A DNA stretch of 64,000 bases from Patescibacteria group bacterium (GTDB taxonomy: Bacteria > Patescibacteriota > SICC01), in contig JBBDXB010000006.1 in the NCBI GenBank assembly GCA_040902515.1, positions 2,219 through 66,218 on the forward strand, read 5' to 3'. How positions within the stretch are numbered: position 1 is the stretch's first letter; each line of letters starts with the position of its first letter. Positions 24,337-38,211 of this stretch are shown in pieces. Both the position numbers and the translations under genes were made by a program. Under the pieces are notes generated by a model. That model was not told the DNA's origin and made no database searches. It saw only the letters and a program-made list of their open reading frames with translations.

Positions 24337-27300
24337 CTACCGGGCCTCGATGGCGATTCCCCAGTCCACGGCTTCGAGCGCCTCGGTCAGGGCTTTCGAA
24401 TAACGCACGCCGTGATTCAGCTTGAGCCGCTTCGCTTCCCCGTTCCGGGGAAGCACCAGGTAGACCGGCGATTCGCCGCGGTGCTCAAGAAGCGTCTGTT
24501 TGATCGACTCGAGCGTCGCCATGGTCGTATGGGATCCCAGCTTGACCGTCAGGGACTCGCAGGGAACCTCTGAATCAGGCCCCGGCCGGTCGGCGGCGCC
24601 TGGCCGGGAAGCGGACGCCCCCGTGACTGCCGCGTCCAGGTCATCGATCGCCACTTCGCCATCCGCGGGTACGGGCCGGGCCATGGTCGGCCTGGCATCG
24701 TTGGTGAGCGGCTCCAGTGAGTCAGCCAGGATCTTCGGCTCATCGTCCTTGCGCGATACCTTTCCGGTGACCTTCAGGATGGCACCGGGAGCGAGGTGCT
24801 GTCGGACTTCGAGGTAAAGCTTCGGGAAGACGATCAGCTCGAGCCTCTGATGGCGGTCCTCCACCGTGACGAACGCCATCGGTTCGCCTTTCTTGGTATT
24901 GATACGCTTCGCGAAAGAGACCAGGCAGGCGATCTCCACCGGCCGGCCGTCGGGAAGCTGCGCGATCGAGGAGATCGCGGCGAACTGCTTGACCACCTGC
25001 TCATACGAGGCAAGCGGGTGCTCGGACACGTACATACCGAGCAGTTCGCGTTCCCACTCCAGCTTCTGCCGGTCATCCACGTCACCCGCCACCGGCAGCG
25101 TGAACGACCCGCCGGTGTCCGGCTGGTCGCCGAAGAGACTGGTCTGGCCGTTACGCCCCTCCGCCGCTCGGACCGCCGCGAAACGGCTCATCGGCTCGAG
25201 ACCGGCCAGCATCCGGCCCCGGTCCGCCAGTGAGTCCAGCGCACCCGCCTTGATCAATGCCTCGAGTGACTTCTTGTTAGCCGTGCCTTCCGGAAGACGT
25301 GCCAGCAGGTCCGACAAGTCCGTGAAGTGCCCGTCCGCCTTTCGGCTCTTCACGATGGCCTCGGCGGTATTGCGACCGAGATTCTTGATCGCATCGAGGC
25401 CGAACCGGATGCTCTGCTTGTCCGGTGCCACCGCGAAATCCTGGAACGATTCGTTCACGTCCGGAGGCAGTACTTCGATACCGAGGTTGTTCGCGTCCGT
25501 TATCGCCGCGGAGAGTTTGTCGAGATTCTCCTGCTCGGAGGTCATCAGTGCCGCCATGAAGGCGCTCGGGTAGTGCGCCTTAAGATAGGCCGTCTGGTAG
25601 GCGATCAGCGCGTAACAGGCCGCATGCGACTTGTTGAAGCCGTATTGGGCGAACGCCTCGAAGAGGTCGAAGAGCTTCTTGCCGAGCGTCTCATCGTGTC
25701 CGTTCGCCACCACGCCCTCGATCAGCTTCGGCCGCATCTGGTCCATCAGTGCCTTGATCTTCTTGCCCACGGCCTTGCGAAGCGTATCCGCGTCGCCGCC
25801 GCTGAAGCCGGCCAGGTCCTTCGAGATCTGCATGATCTGTTCCTGGTAGACCAGGACGCCGTAGGTGGACTCCAACGCACCCTTGAGGTCCGGGTGCAGG
25901 TATTCGATCTTCTCCTTGCCGTGCTTGCGGCGGATGAACGAGTCGATGAACTGCATCGGCCCCGGACGGTAGAGCGAGACCATCGCGATGATGTCGTCGA
26001 AACGCGAGGGCTTGAGCTCCTTGATATAGCGCCGCATGCCTTCGGACTCCAACTGGAAGATGCCATGGGTCCGGCCTTCCGACAGGAGCTGGAACGTCTT
26101 GGCGTCATCGAGCGGGAGCGTATCCACGTCGATCTCGTCACCATGCACCGCTTCGATGATCTCGACGGCGTTCCGGAGGATCGTCAGATTGGAGAGCCCG
26201 AGGAAATCCATCTTGAGGAGCCCGATCGATTCGATCGGGTACATCGAATACTGGGTCACCACGGAATGGTCATCGCCGCCGCGGGTAGCGTGCTGCAAGG
26301 GGACATACTCGTTGAGCGGCTTGTCGCCGATCACCACGCCCGCCGCGTGGGTCGAGGCATGCCGGACCGAACCTTCGATGCGGGAAGCCAAGTCGAGAAG
26401 CCGGTCCACCTGCGGATTCTGTCCGGCAAGCTCCTTCAGTTCCGGCTGCTTCTTGGCATCGGCCAGGTCCATGCCGAACGGAATCAGCTTCGCGACCTGG
26501 TCAACCTCGCCGTAGGACATGCCCATCACCCGGCCGGTATCACGCACCGCCGCCCGGGCGGCCATGGTGCCGAACGTGATGATCTGGGCCACGCGGTCGT
26601 GTCCATACTTCTCGGCGACGTACTCGATGATCTCTCCGCGCCGGTCGTCGGCGAAGTCCATGTCGATGTCGGGCATGCTGATCCGGTCCGGGTTCAGGAA
26701 CCGTTCGAAGAGCAGGTCGTACGTGAGGGGATCAAGCGTGGTGATGTCGAGCGCGTACGAGACGATGCTTCCCGCCGCCGAGCCGCGTCCGGGGCCGACC
26801 CAGATGCCGCGCTTCTTCGCCTCATGCACGAAGTCGGCGACGATCAGGAAGTAGCTCTCGAACCCCATCTTCTCGATGACGCCGAGCTCGTACTCGACAC
26901 GTTCCCGGACCTCCGTGCTGGGATCCGCGCCATATCGCCGCTCCACGCCTTTCGCCACGAGCTTCCGGAGCTGGCTCCGCTCCGTCTCGCCCTTCTCCAC
27001 CTCGAACGCGGGGAGGATGATCCTTCCAAGCTCGAGCTCCAGCTCGCACCGCTCGGCGATCGCGACGGTATTGGCCACCGCTTCCGGGGTATCGGCGAAG
27101 CTTTCCCGCATCTCCTGCGGCGTCTTCAGCGAGAAGTCCTCGCCGGTCATGTTCAGGCGATCGGTCTCATCGAGCGTCTTGCCGGTCTGGATGCAGACCA
27201 GCACGTCCTGCGCTTCGGCATCGTCCGGGAGTACGTAGTGGGCGTCGTTGGTACCGACCAAGGGCAGGCCCTTCTCCTTGGCGATCCGCTTGAGCCCGTC

Positions 27301-27870
27301 GTTCAGCTGCCCCTGTTCGGGGATGTTCGGATGGTGCTGGAGTTCGAGGTGGTACCGGTCGCCGAACAGCGTCGCGAACCTGTCGATCACTTTCTTCGCC
27401 GCCGCCTCACCGCCGCTGCGGAACGCGTTCGCCACTTCTCCCTGCAGGCACGCGGACGTGCAGATCAGCCCTTCGTGGTACTGCTTGAGCAGCTCCCAGT
27501 CGATCCGGGGCTTGTAGTAGAACCCTTCGAGATGCGCGGCGGTTACCAACTTGATCAGGTTCTGGTAGCCGGTCATGTTCTGCGCGAGCAGGATCAGGTG
27601 GTATGGGTTCGTGTCGGCCGTGGGATCCTTGTCCCGCCGGCCCCGCCGGGCCACGTAGACCTCGCACCCGATGATCGGCTTGATGCCTTCCTTGGTCGCC
27701 GTCTGGTAGAACTCGATCGCGCCGTACAGCACGCCGTGGTCCGTGAGTGCCAGCGAATCCATCCCCTGCCGCTTGGTCTCCTTGACCAGGCCGGGAATCT
27801 TGCCGAGCCCGTCGAGCAGGCTGTAGTGGGAGTGGGTATGGAGATGGACGAATTGCGGTTTCGGCATCAC
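24337..27870 (-). CDS. dnaE: DNA polymerase III subunit alpha
   Basis: PHP HLHTHSHYSLLDG, GPGRGSAAGS, MPDIDMDF, YGFNKSH. Confidence 0.97.
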   Translation of the reverse strand: MMPKPQFVHLHTHSHYSLLDGLGKIPGLVKETKRQGMDSLALTDHGVLYGAIEFYQTATKEGIKPIIGCEVYVARRGRRDKDPTADTNPYHLILLAQNMTGYQNLIKLVTAAHLEGFYYKPRIDWELLKQYHEGLICTSACLQGEVANAFRSGGEAAAKKVIDRFATLFGDRYHLELQHHPNIPEQGQLNDGLKRIAKEKGLPLVGTNDAHYVLPDDAEAQDVLVCIQTGKTLDETDRLNMTGEDFSLKTPQEMRESFADTPEAVANTVAIAERCELELELGRIILPAFEVEKGETERSQLRKLVAKGVERRYGADPSTEVRERVEYELGVIEKMGFESYFLIVADFVHEAKKRGIWVGPGRGSAAGSIVSYALDITTLDPLTYDLLFERFLNPDRISMPDIDMDFADDRRGEIIEYVAEKYGHDRVAQIITFGTMAARAAVRDTGRVMGMSYGEVDQVAKLIPFGMDLADAKKQPELKELAGQNPQVDRLLDLASRIEGSVRHASTHAAGVVIGDKPLNEYVPLQHATRGGDDHSVVTQYSMYPIESIGLLKMDFLGLSNLTILRNAVEIIEAVHGDEIDVDTLPLDDAKTFQLLSEGRTHGIFQLESEGMRRYIKELKPSRFDDIIAMVSLYRPGPMQFIDSFIRRKHGKEKIEYLHPDLKGALESTYGVLVYQEQIMQISKDLAGFSGGDADTLRKAVGKKIKALMDQMRPKLIEGVVANGHDETLGKKLFDLFEAFAQYGFNKSHAACYALIAYQTAYLKAHYPSAFMAALMTSEQENLDKLSAAITDANNLGIEVLPPDVNESFQDFAVAPDKQSIRFGLDAIKNLGRNTAEAIVKSRKADGHFTDLSDLLARLPEGTANKKSLEALIKAGALDSLADRGRMLAGLEPMSRFAAVRAAEGRNGQTSLFGDQPDTGGSFTLPVAGDVDDRQKLEWERELLGMYVSEHPLASYEQVVKQFAAISSIAQLPDGRPVEIACLVSFAKRINTKKGEPMAFVTVEDRHQRLELIVFPKLYLEVRQHLAPGAILKVTGKVSRKDDEPKILADSLEPLTNDARPTMARPVPADGEVAIDDLDAAVTGASASRPGAADRPGPDSEVPCESLTVKLGSHTTMATLESIKQTLLEHRGESPVYLVLPRNGEAKRLKLNHGVRYSKALTEALEAVDWGIAIEAR

Positions 27871-27879
27871 GCTCCTATC

Positions 27880-28488
27880 TTACTCATCTTCGCCCCGCAC
27901 CGTCCCGCTGCGCCGGTCCAAGTAGACGGCCGTGCCCAGCACTGCCAGGACGACCAGCGCCAGCCCGATCAACAGCGCCGCGATCCAGCTGAAGAACCCG
28001 TGGACCAATGCGACCGTGCCGTCCACAAGCGCTTGGCCGGGAGCCGTATCGGCCAGGAAAAGGACCAACAGGAAGAAGCCCCCGAGACCGACCAACCCAC
28101 GGAGCAACCAGCGTTGCCGGGCACGGACCAGTCCCCAGTAGAGCTTCACCTGGGCGCCGAAGGAGTCCCGTTGCCGGGTCAAGTCGTTGAGGTCCGCCAC
28201 GGCCTGCCGGAACGATTGCAGGTATCCCTTCGCCCGCTCCTTGGTTAGCGCGCCGGTGGTTCCGTGACGCAGCCGGTGCGCGTATGCGTACGCCTTCGTC
28301 ACGTCCGCGGGACGGGTCAGGTGCAACTTGACCGCCTCCAGCCGCTCTGCCGGCGTCTTGCCGGGTATGCGTTCGTCCTCCATCCGATCCTCGAAGAGCT
28401 TGGCAGCCTCAAGCAGCGCCAGCTTGTAGCCGGTAACGGTGTTCTCCTTTTCCGCCTCTTCGACGGAGGTCCAGTCGATCGTTGCCAC
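27880..28488 (-). CDS. Hypothetical membrane protein
   Basis: 202 aa with two C-terminal TM segments; co-oriented with neighbours. Confidence 0.7.
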   Translation of the reverse strand: MATIDWTSVEEAEKENTVTGYKLALLEAAKLFEDRMEDERIPGKTPAERLEAVKLHLTRPADVTKAYAYAHRLRHGTTGALTKERAKGYLQSFRQAVADLNDLTRQRDSFGAQVKLYWGLVRARQRWLLRGLVGLGGFFLLVLFLADTAPGQALVDGTVALVHGFFSWIAALLIGLALVVLAVLGTAVYLDRRSGTVRGEDE

Positions 28489-28548
28489 GTCCCTAGCTTA
28501 CCAGCCGTCGCTGCCGCCGGTCAGGGCCGAGCGGCCGTCCGATGTGCG

Positions 28549-28857
28549 TCACACCGAGGATCGGATCTGTTCGCTGGTGGTCCTGAAAAACTCGCCGACG
28601 ATGCCGGGCAGATACTGGCCGACCCAGGCCAGCAGCGCGACCACCAGCGCGACGACGATCGTAGCACCGACGACGGCCCCGAAACCCCGGGCCAACCCCA
28701 CCAGGAAATTCTTCCAAAGCAATCGTTTCGTATTAGTGAGGGTTTCGACGTAGTCGATGAAACGTCCGCGCTCAAGTGCCAGCGCGAACTTGTGGAGCAC
28801 GTCGGCGTCCCGTTCCGACGGTTTCCGCTTACCGCGGCTCCGCGAGGCAGCCATCAC
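28549..28857 (-). CDS. DUF5665-like membrane protein
   Basis: NFLVGLARGFGAVVGATIV motif. Confidence 0.75.
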   Translation of the reverse strand: MMAASRSRGKRKPSERDADVLHKFALALERGRFIDYVETLTNTKRLLWKNFLVGLARGFGAVVGATIVVALVVALLAWVGQYLPGIVGEFFRTTSEQIRSSV

Positions 28858-29174
28858 TGATCAGACGTCCGGCGCCGGGCACGCTTTCCCGCCCGGTCGA
28901 CGCTGCGACTTGCCTGCCGTTTCGCCTTGACGCCGCTGCGCTTGGCCTGCCGGCTCAGTTTGCCCGCGGAACGGCGTACCTGCTTCGCCTGGCGGGTCGC
29001 CTGGGTCCGGGCCTTACGGGCCTGTTTGCCCGCCTCCCCTGCGACCTGTTGGGACTTCTGCTGGATATCGTCGCGCGTCTCCTTGCCGGTCTTCGGTGCG
29101 AATAGCAGTCCGGCTACCGCGCCGATCGCCGCACCGAGGAACGTGCCTTTGAGAAACTTACCTTGTCGTGCCAT
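28854..29174 (-). CDS. YtxH domain protein with basic tail
   Basis: FLKGTFLGAAIGAVAGLLFAPKTGKETR. Confidence 0.88.
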   Translation of the reverse strand: MARQGKFLKGTFLGAAIGAVAGLLFAPKTGKETRDDIQQKSQQVAGEAGKQARKARTQATRQAKQVRRSAGKLSRQAKRSGVKAKRQASRSVDRAGKRARRRTSDQ

Positions 29175-29191
29175 GGATTCCCTCCGCTTAA

Positions 29192-29569
29192 TTACTCGGA
29201 ACTTGGTTCGTGACGGAGCAGCCGCGTCGCGAGGACGAGCAAGTATCCCAGCAGTCCGTAAATGATCATCGCGACCAGTGATTCGATCTCGAGCCGCTGT
29301 CCGGTGTAGCTGTTGTAGGTATCGAGATTACCGAATATCCCCGCGAACGGCGCGATCAGCGGAGCCGTCATGCTGTACCAGAAGTCCACGAACGGTGCGC
29401 CGGTCTGGGCCCCGAAAAGCAGCAGGATGAACCGGATCAGGATCAACGTGACGACGACCGCGGTGATGAACCAGATGACGTCCTCGACCTTCCGCACCTT
29501 GCGGTCATCTTGGTCGGCGGCAGCGGTATCGGTTTTTTCCGTCCTAGTCCGTACTTCATGAGCCATCAT
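29192..29569 (-). CDS. YggT family membrane protein
   Basis: RFILLLFGA..FVDFWYSMTAPLIAPFAGIF. Confidence 0.8.
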   Translation of the reverse strand: MMAHEVRTRTEKTDTAAADQDDRKVRKVEDVIWFITAVVVTLILIRFILLLFGAQTGAPFVDFWYSMTAPLIAPFAGIFGNLDTYNSYTGQRLEIESLVAMIIYGLLGYLLVLATRLLRHEPSSE

Positions 29570-29865
29570 CGGCCTCCTTTCTTTCCTCTACGGGCAACGC
29601 TCTTTATGCCTTTGTTGAATCCGGCCATCACGCCGGCGACGGTCGCCAGCGGCCGGAGCAGATTCGAACTGTACGCGTTGACGGTGTCGCCCGCCCGTTC
29701 GGCGGCGCCCTTCAGCGGCTCGGCGACATCATGGATCTTCTCCACCAGCTGGCGGATCCGGCGCGTCAGGACGATCAACGCGACGAGCAGGAACGAGAGC
29801 AGGACCGTCATGACAATCAGTCCGACGGAGGCGATCCAAAGGATGGTGCTGGGTACTTCGGTCAT
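29566..29865 (-). CDS. Hypothetical membrane protein (DUF948-like)
   Basis: N-terminal TM followed by helical region, upstream of YtxH gene. Confidence 0.6.
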   Translation of the reverse strand: MTEVPSTILWIASVGLIVMTVLLSFLLVALIVLTRRIRQLVEKIHDVAEPLKGAAERAGDTVNAYSSNLLRPLATVAGVMAGFNKGIKSVARRGKKGGR

Positions 29866-29933
29866 ATGGTTATTAGGTTACCGTGTTTTCACACCGTAAC
29901 AAGGTACAGCCGCTTGGCATCGTGCATTCATAC

Positions 29934-29965
29934 AAAAATGAAAAGCCCCTCGCGGGGCTTCTCAT
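29934..29965 (-). terminator. Rho-independent terminator
   Basis: GAGAAGCCCC-GCGA-GGGGCTTTTC followed by ATTTTT. Confidence 0.8.
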
Positions 29966-29980
29966 CATCAGATGCGTGGA

Positions 29981-30226
29981 CTACGCGCCAGCGGCTTCGT
30001 CGCCGCCGGCGTCATCGCCAGCTTCTTCACCGGCGTCGCCAGCGTCATCGCCAGCCTCTTCGCCGGCACCGGCGTCTTCACCGGCGTTTCCGCCGGCTTC
30101 GCCACCGTCACCCTCACCGGCGTTGTCTTCGTCGCCGGCGGGAGCTGCGCTCTCGTCTCCGGCGTCGTCGCCGGGAGTCGGAACGTCCTGCTGTGCATCT
30201 TCGTCTTGAAGAAGGTTGATCAGCAT
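29981..30226 (-). CDS. Small hyper-acidic Gly/Ala/Asp/Glu-rich protein
   Basis: Strong SD GGAGGAG before ATG 30226; 81 aa; followed by terminator. Confidence 0.75.
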   Translation of the reverse strand: MLINLLQDEDAQQDVPTPGDDAGDESAAPAGDEDNAGEGDGGEAGGNAGEDAGAGEEAGDDAGDAGEEAGDDAGGDEAAGA

Positions 30227-30319
30227 AATGCTCCTCCCTGTTAGTTGATACGACATCTGCCGCCAATCGCGGCTTGGCTCCATTTTCTCACGGGAAGCAA
30301 GTAGGGTGTCAACTGTTGA

Positions 30320-31818
<1,499 letters not shown>

Positions 31819-31822
<4 letters not shown>

Positions 31823-32247
31823 AACGCCCCCAAGTCTCTCAGCGCCCGCTCGAACTTGGCGAGCATCTGTTTCGTCTCGAACGAGAGCAGCTCCTTGTCG
31901 GCCTCATGCACGACCTGGTTGCGGGTCTTGTGCGCCCGCCACAGGCCGTCGTAATCAGAGAAGCGCGAACGGCTCGCCCGCAACCGGTCGGCGAAAGTGT
32001 CACCCGGTACACCGAGGCGTTTCAGGCAATGGTCCACGAGGGTGTCGGCCTGGACGATCGCCTGCCGAAGATGCGCCGGGCCGCCGCGGCCGGCGTGCTG
32101 CTGCAGCTCCTGCCAGCGCATATGCACGAACCCCTTGTCCTCGGGAGAAAGGTGGCGGGGAAGATGCCGGTGCCGGTATACCAGCATCCAGGCGCCGAAG
32201 ACGACGAGCGCGAACAGGACGACGACGATCCATTCAGCCGGCGTCAT
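31819..32247 (-). CDS. Hypothetical protein with N-terminal TM
   Basis: 142 aa, ATGA-type overlaps with gatA and gatB. Confidence 0.8.
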
Positions 32248-33599
32248 TCCGGCCTCCGAGCGTGCCAGTCGTGCCGCTGTTCGTAGGCATGGGCTGTCCG
32301 CAGGACGGTCTCCTCCCCCCAGTGCGGGCCCATCAGCTGGATGCCGATCGGAAGCCCCTGGCCGTCGAAGCCACCGGGCACCGAGATCGCCGGCAATCCC
32401 GCGAGGTTCGCAGTGACCGTGAAGATGTCGTTCAGGTACATCGCCAGCGGGTCATCGGCCTTCTCGCCGACCTTGAACGCGGTCGTCGGGGTGGTCGGGG
32501 TGAGCAGGACGTCGACATCCTTGAATGCCCGTTCGAAGTCCCGCGCGATCAGCGTCCGCACCTGCATGGCTTTCTTGTAGTACGCCTCGTGGTACCCGGA
32601 CGACAACGCATAGGTCCCGAGCATAATCCGGCGCTTCACTTCATCTCCGAACCCGCGGCCGCGGGTCTGGAGGTAGACGTCCTCAAGCGTGCCGCGCCAG
32701 TCCGGATCCCGTTCGACGGAATCACCGAAGCGGATGCCATCGTATCGGGCCAGGTTCGAAGAGGCCTCCGCCGGCATCACGATGTAGTAGGCCGCGACGG
32801 CATACTTGGTGTGCGGAAGCGAGGCCTCGCGTACCGTCGCGCCGGCGCTGCGCAGGTCGTCGGCCGCGGCCTCGACCGCCTGCTTCACTTCCGGCTGCAA
32901 CCCGTCTTCGGCGGAATCGAAATACTCTTTCGGCAGGCCGACCGTGAGCCCCTTTACGTCCCCCGTGAGCGCCTTCCGGTAATCCGGGACCGGGTAGTCC
33001 ACGCTGGTCGCATCGAGCGAATCGTCGCCGGAGAGCACCCCCAGGACGGTCGCCGCGTCCGCGACTGTCGTGGTGAGCGTGCCGGCCTGGTCGAGTGAAC
33101 TGGCCATGGCGATCAGGCCATACCGGGAGACGCGCCCATACGTCGGCTTGAGTCCGACCACGCCACAGAAGGCCGCCGGTTGGCGGACCGACCCGCCGGT
33201 ATCCGTGCCGAGCGCCACCGGCACCGACCGGCCTGCGACCGCTGCCGCCGAACCGCCGGAGCTACCGCCCGGCACACGCTCCGGATCCCACGGATTCACC
33301 GTCGTACCCAGGGCCGATGTCTCGGTCGAAGATCCCATCGCGAATTCGTCGAGGTTCGTCTTGCCGTCGATGATCGCGCCGGCTTCCTTCAGGCGGGTGA
33401 CGACCGTCGCGTCGTACGGGCTCTTGAACGGCTCCAGAATCTTCGAAGCCGCCGTGCTGGTCCGGCCATCGGCCGTAACGATGATGTCCTTCACGGCAAC
33501 CGGGACGCCCTTCAACTTCCCGGCATCGAGCGTCTTCCGCGCCGCGTCCATGTCGACCGCTTCGGGTGCCCGACCAAGGTACGGGCTGGCCTCAGTCAC
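32244..33599 (-). CDS. gatA: Amidotransferase subunit A
   Basis: [44 protein letters not shown]. Confidence 0.97.
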   Translation of the reverse strand: MTEASPYLGRAPEAVDMDAARKTLDAGKLKGVPVAVKDIIVTADGRTSTAASKILEPFKSPYDATVVTRLKEAGAIIDGKTNLDEFAMGSSTETSALGTTVNPWDPERVPGGSSGGSAAAVAGRSVPVALGTDTGGSVRQPAAFCGVVGLKPTYGRVSRYGLIAMASSLDQAGTLTTTVADAATVLGVLSGDDSLDATSVDYPVPDYRKALTGDVKGLTVGLPKEYFDSAEDGLQPEVKQAVEAAADDLRSAGATVREASLPHTKYAVAAYYIVMPAEASSNLARYDGIRFGDSVERDPDWRGTLEDVYLQTRGRGFGDEVKRRIMLGTYALSSGYHEAYYKKAMQVRTLIARDFERAFKDVDVLLTPTTPTTAFKVGEKADDPLAMYLNDIFTVTANLAGLPAISVPGGFDGQGLPIGIQLMGPHWGEETVLRTAHAYEQRHDWHARRPE

Positions 33600-33879
33600 G
33601 GAAGACCCCCTTTACCTTGATGCTCGTTCCTTCCAGCGCCGGAGAATCCACCGGCAAGGTGTCCTGATGCTCGTTCAGGATCTCATCTTCCGCCAGGTCA
33701 TTCACCTGGCCCGTCGCTTGTGCCATCGGCGGCACGCCGTCGGTGTCTACTTTGTTCAGTTGCTGCACATAGCCAAGAATCGTGGACAGTTGAGCCTGAT
33801 GCGCCACCAGCACCTCGTCACTGAGGCCGAGGCGGGCCAGCCGGGCCACCGCCCGGGTTGTCTGTTTGTCGATTTCCAC
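33592..33879 (-). CDS. gatC: Amidotransferase subunit C
   Basis: [23 protein letters not shown]; directly upstream of gatA. Confidence 0.9.
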   Translation of the reverse strand: MEIDKQTTRAVARLARLGLSDEVLVAHQAQLSTILGYVQQLNKVDTDGVPPMAQATGQVNDLAEDEILNEHQDTLPVDSPALEGTSIKVKGVFRD

Positions 33880-33964
33880 CTTTCCAGCTTAGCGGCTGGC
33901 GGGATGACACTCCACCAAGGTCGATTCCCCGCCGATGATCCACGCCTGGAGACTACCCGCATGC

Positions 33965-33993
33965 TTGACAAAATAGCTTAACTGAGGTAATAT
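33965..33993 (+). promoter_or_regulatory. sigma70-type promoter
   Basis: TTGACA-N17-TAATAT. Confidence 0.8.
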
Positions 33994-34013
33994 CTCCCAA
34001 TCGACTAAATTCG

Positions 34014-34160
34014 ATGACCATGGACCCCAAGCACAGACACGAACAACCGTCCTTCGATTTCGGGCATGAGGACCAGGAAGGCCTGCCGCTCGGCGACGTA
34101 CTTCACAACGCCGACGAAATGGCGGAACATGAGGAAATTGAAGAGGAACTAGGATTATGA
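34014..34160 (+). CDS. Small acidic hypothetical protein (48 aa)
   Basis: MTMDPKHRHEQPSFDFG...EEIEEELGL*, behind consensus promoter, ATGA overlap with next ORF. Confidence 0.6.
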   Translation: MTMDPKHRHEQPSFDFGHEDQEGLPLGDVLHNADEMAEHEEIEEELGL

Positions 34161-34750
34161 GCGTAGAACGAGGATCGGATCATTCGCACTACGACGAACA
34201 AGCGTCGGAAGCGCGGCGGCGGCACGCGGAGCATGTCGAGGATGCCCGGCGTGAACACCGACGTGACGTCAGCGCTACCCGGCGGAAGGCGAAGGTAACG
34301 CGCGGCCGAGTAGCGATCGGCGGGGTGGCTGCTGCTGCGACGGTAGCAGGCGCCGGAGAGATGATGGACCGACAGATCGAACACGACACCCTGCGCGGTG
34401 AACGGCACGCCCCGATCGCGGAGGGAATCGAACAGCGGACGCAGGAGCAAGCCCTCCGACAAGAAGCATACGAACGCATGAAGCGGGAGGGCAAGATAGA
34501 CGCCGAAGTACTACGTCCGAAAGGCCCTGCCGCCGACACTCCCGCGGAGTCTCCTGGGACCGGTCTCACCGGCCGTGACGGCACCGTCGACATCGACGGC
34601 GTGACCGGCAGCGTGGAGCTGGACCAGGGCGCGGATTACGAAGCCACGTCCGGAATCATCCCGGGCGGCATCCCGGAGGCCGGAGGGTCCCGGTATCCCG
34701 CGGCACCAGAAGACCACTCGGGCGAGACCGGCGGCGCGACCGCAGGCTGA
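34157..34750 (+). CDS. Hypothetical protein with one hydrophobic segment
   Basis: 197 aa ORF ending 3 nt from the ligA stop. Confidence 0.65.
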   Translation: MSVERGSDHSHYDEQASEARRRHAEHVEDARREHRRDVSATRRKAKVTRGRVAIGGVAAAATVAGAGEMMDRQIEHDTLRGERHAPIAEGIEQRTQEQALRQEAYERMKREGKIDAEVLRPKGPAADTPAESPGTGLTGRDGTVDIDGVTGSVELDQGADYEATSGIIPGGIPEAGGSRYPAAPEDHSGETGGATAG

Positions 34751-34753
34751 GCC

Positions 34754-37219
<2,466 letters not shown>

Positions 37220-37283
37220 CCACGACAAGGAGCCCGCCGGGGTCACGTATCATCACGATACCGGCCCCGGCGCTTCTTCCTAC

Positions 37284-37312
37284 TTGAAAAAATGACCGGG
37301 TTGTGGTACTTT
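37284..37312 (+). promoter_or_regulatory. sigma70-type promoter with extended -10
   Basis: TTGAAA-N17-TACTTT with TG at extended position. Confidence 0.5.
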
Positions 37313-37365
37313 CTCGAGCCTACGACATTCTTTCCCAACCTGCTGTCCACTACGAAAGGATCGGT

Positions 37366-37728
37366 ATGCCACAGGCGATCGATTACGAGCAGCTGAAGTC
37401 CGACATCGAGGCGGCCGTCGAGTTCCAGGTAGACGGAATGGACGCTCCGCTCATCCTCGATGCCAATCACCTTGGGATTGAGGAGGGACGATTCAACCTC
37501 GGGAGCGAAGAGCGTCGCCTGGTAGCACAGGCCGTCTCGGAGCTCTACGGCATCCCGTTCGAGAAGTTCGAGATGGCGGAGGACGAGCCACTCACGGAGC
37601 TCCGGTCGATGACCGGCCAGGACTACTCCGCGTACCGGCTGCTCAACGACTCCTCCGCGGACCCGCCCGTCGTCTACTGCCTCGCCCGTTCCGGCAAGGA
37701 CCCCGACGACCTCGGCGTCACCGACTAG
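37366..37728 (+). CDS. Hypothetical acidic protein
   Basis: SD GAAAGGA before ATG 37366; 120 aa. Confidence 0.6.
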   Translation: MPQAIDYEQLKSDIEAAVEFQVDGMDAPLILDANHLGIEEGRFNLGSEERRLVAQAVSELYGIPFEKFEMAEDEPLTELRSMTGQDYSAYRLLNDSSADPPVVYCLARSGKDPDDLGVTD

Positions 37729-37801
37729 CAGCACGCAGGAAAGAATCGCGGAGACCGCGCCTCGTCACCCGACGAACCAGCCCGGTCTCCGCTTTTCCCT
37801 T

Positions 37802-37831
37802 TTGACGTGTTCCCGAAAAGCGGGCTATTAT
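37802..37831 (+). promoter_or_regulatory. sigma70-type promoter
   Basis: TTGACG-N18-TATTAT, 8 nt before ATG 37840. Confidence 0.55.
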
Positions 37832-37839
37832 TGTTCGTT

Positions 37840-38211
37840 ATGGCAATCGACAGAGAACATGCTGCTGCTGCCGAAGCAGCCCTGTCCGAGCACCGGAGTG
37901 CGATCAGGGAAGCCGAAGGAAAGATCAGGCTGGTGGCCGACTGTGGGCAAAGCGTCGCGATCGATTCCCGAAACGCACTGGGCAAACCACGATCGGACGA
38001 AGAGTGGCGGGTCGTCAGGAGGACGGTAGCCGACAGCCTGGGGATCGATGCCCGGGACATCCGGTCGGCGGAGCAAGCGTTGCTTCCGGTTCCTGGCTGC
38101 AGCATGTCGCTGGGCCGTGACGATCGCATACAACTCACCGTCGAACATTTGCGTTCTCCGGGCGACGACGGATCGACCTACTTCCGGTACGCGCTCGACC
38201 CGGTTTTCTAG
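37840..38211 (+). CDS. Hypothetical protein
   Basis: 123 aa ORF convergent with htpX. Confidence 0.55.
   Translation: MAIDREHAAAAEAALSEHRSAIREAEGKIRLVADCGQSVAIDSRNALGKPRSDEEWRVVRRTVADSLGIDARDIRSAEQALLPVPGCSMSLGRDDRIQLTVEHLRSPGDDGSTYFRYALDPVF

Noticed and set aside
24337-27870. Intein in DnaE
   Set aside because: Normal length and continuous motifs
18497-28248. Long plus-strand ORFs (847, 535 and 973 aa)
   Set aside because: Antisense to clpC, nusA and dnaE; no recognisable motifs
29990-30180. CRISPR or DNA tandem-repeat array
   Set aside because: Repeats are codon-level repeats of an acidic peptide, without repeat-spacer structure
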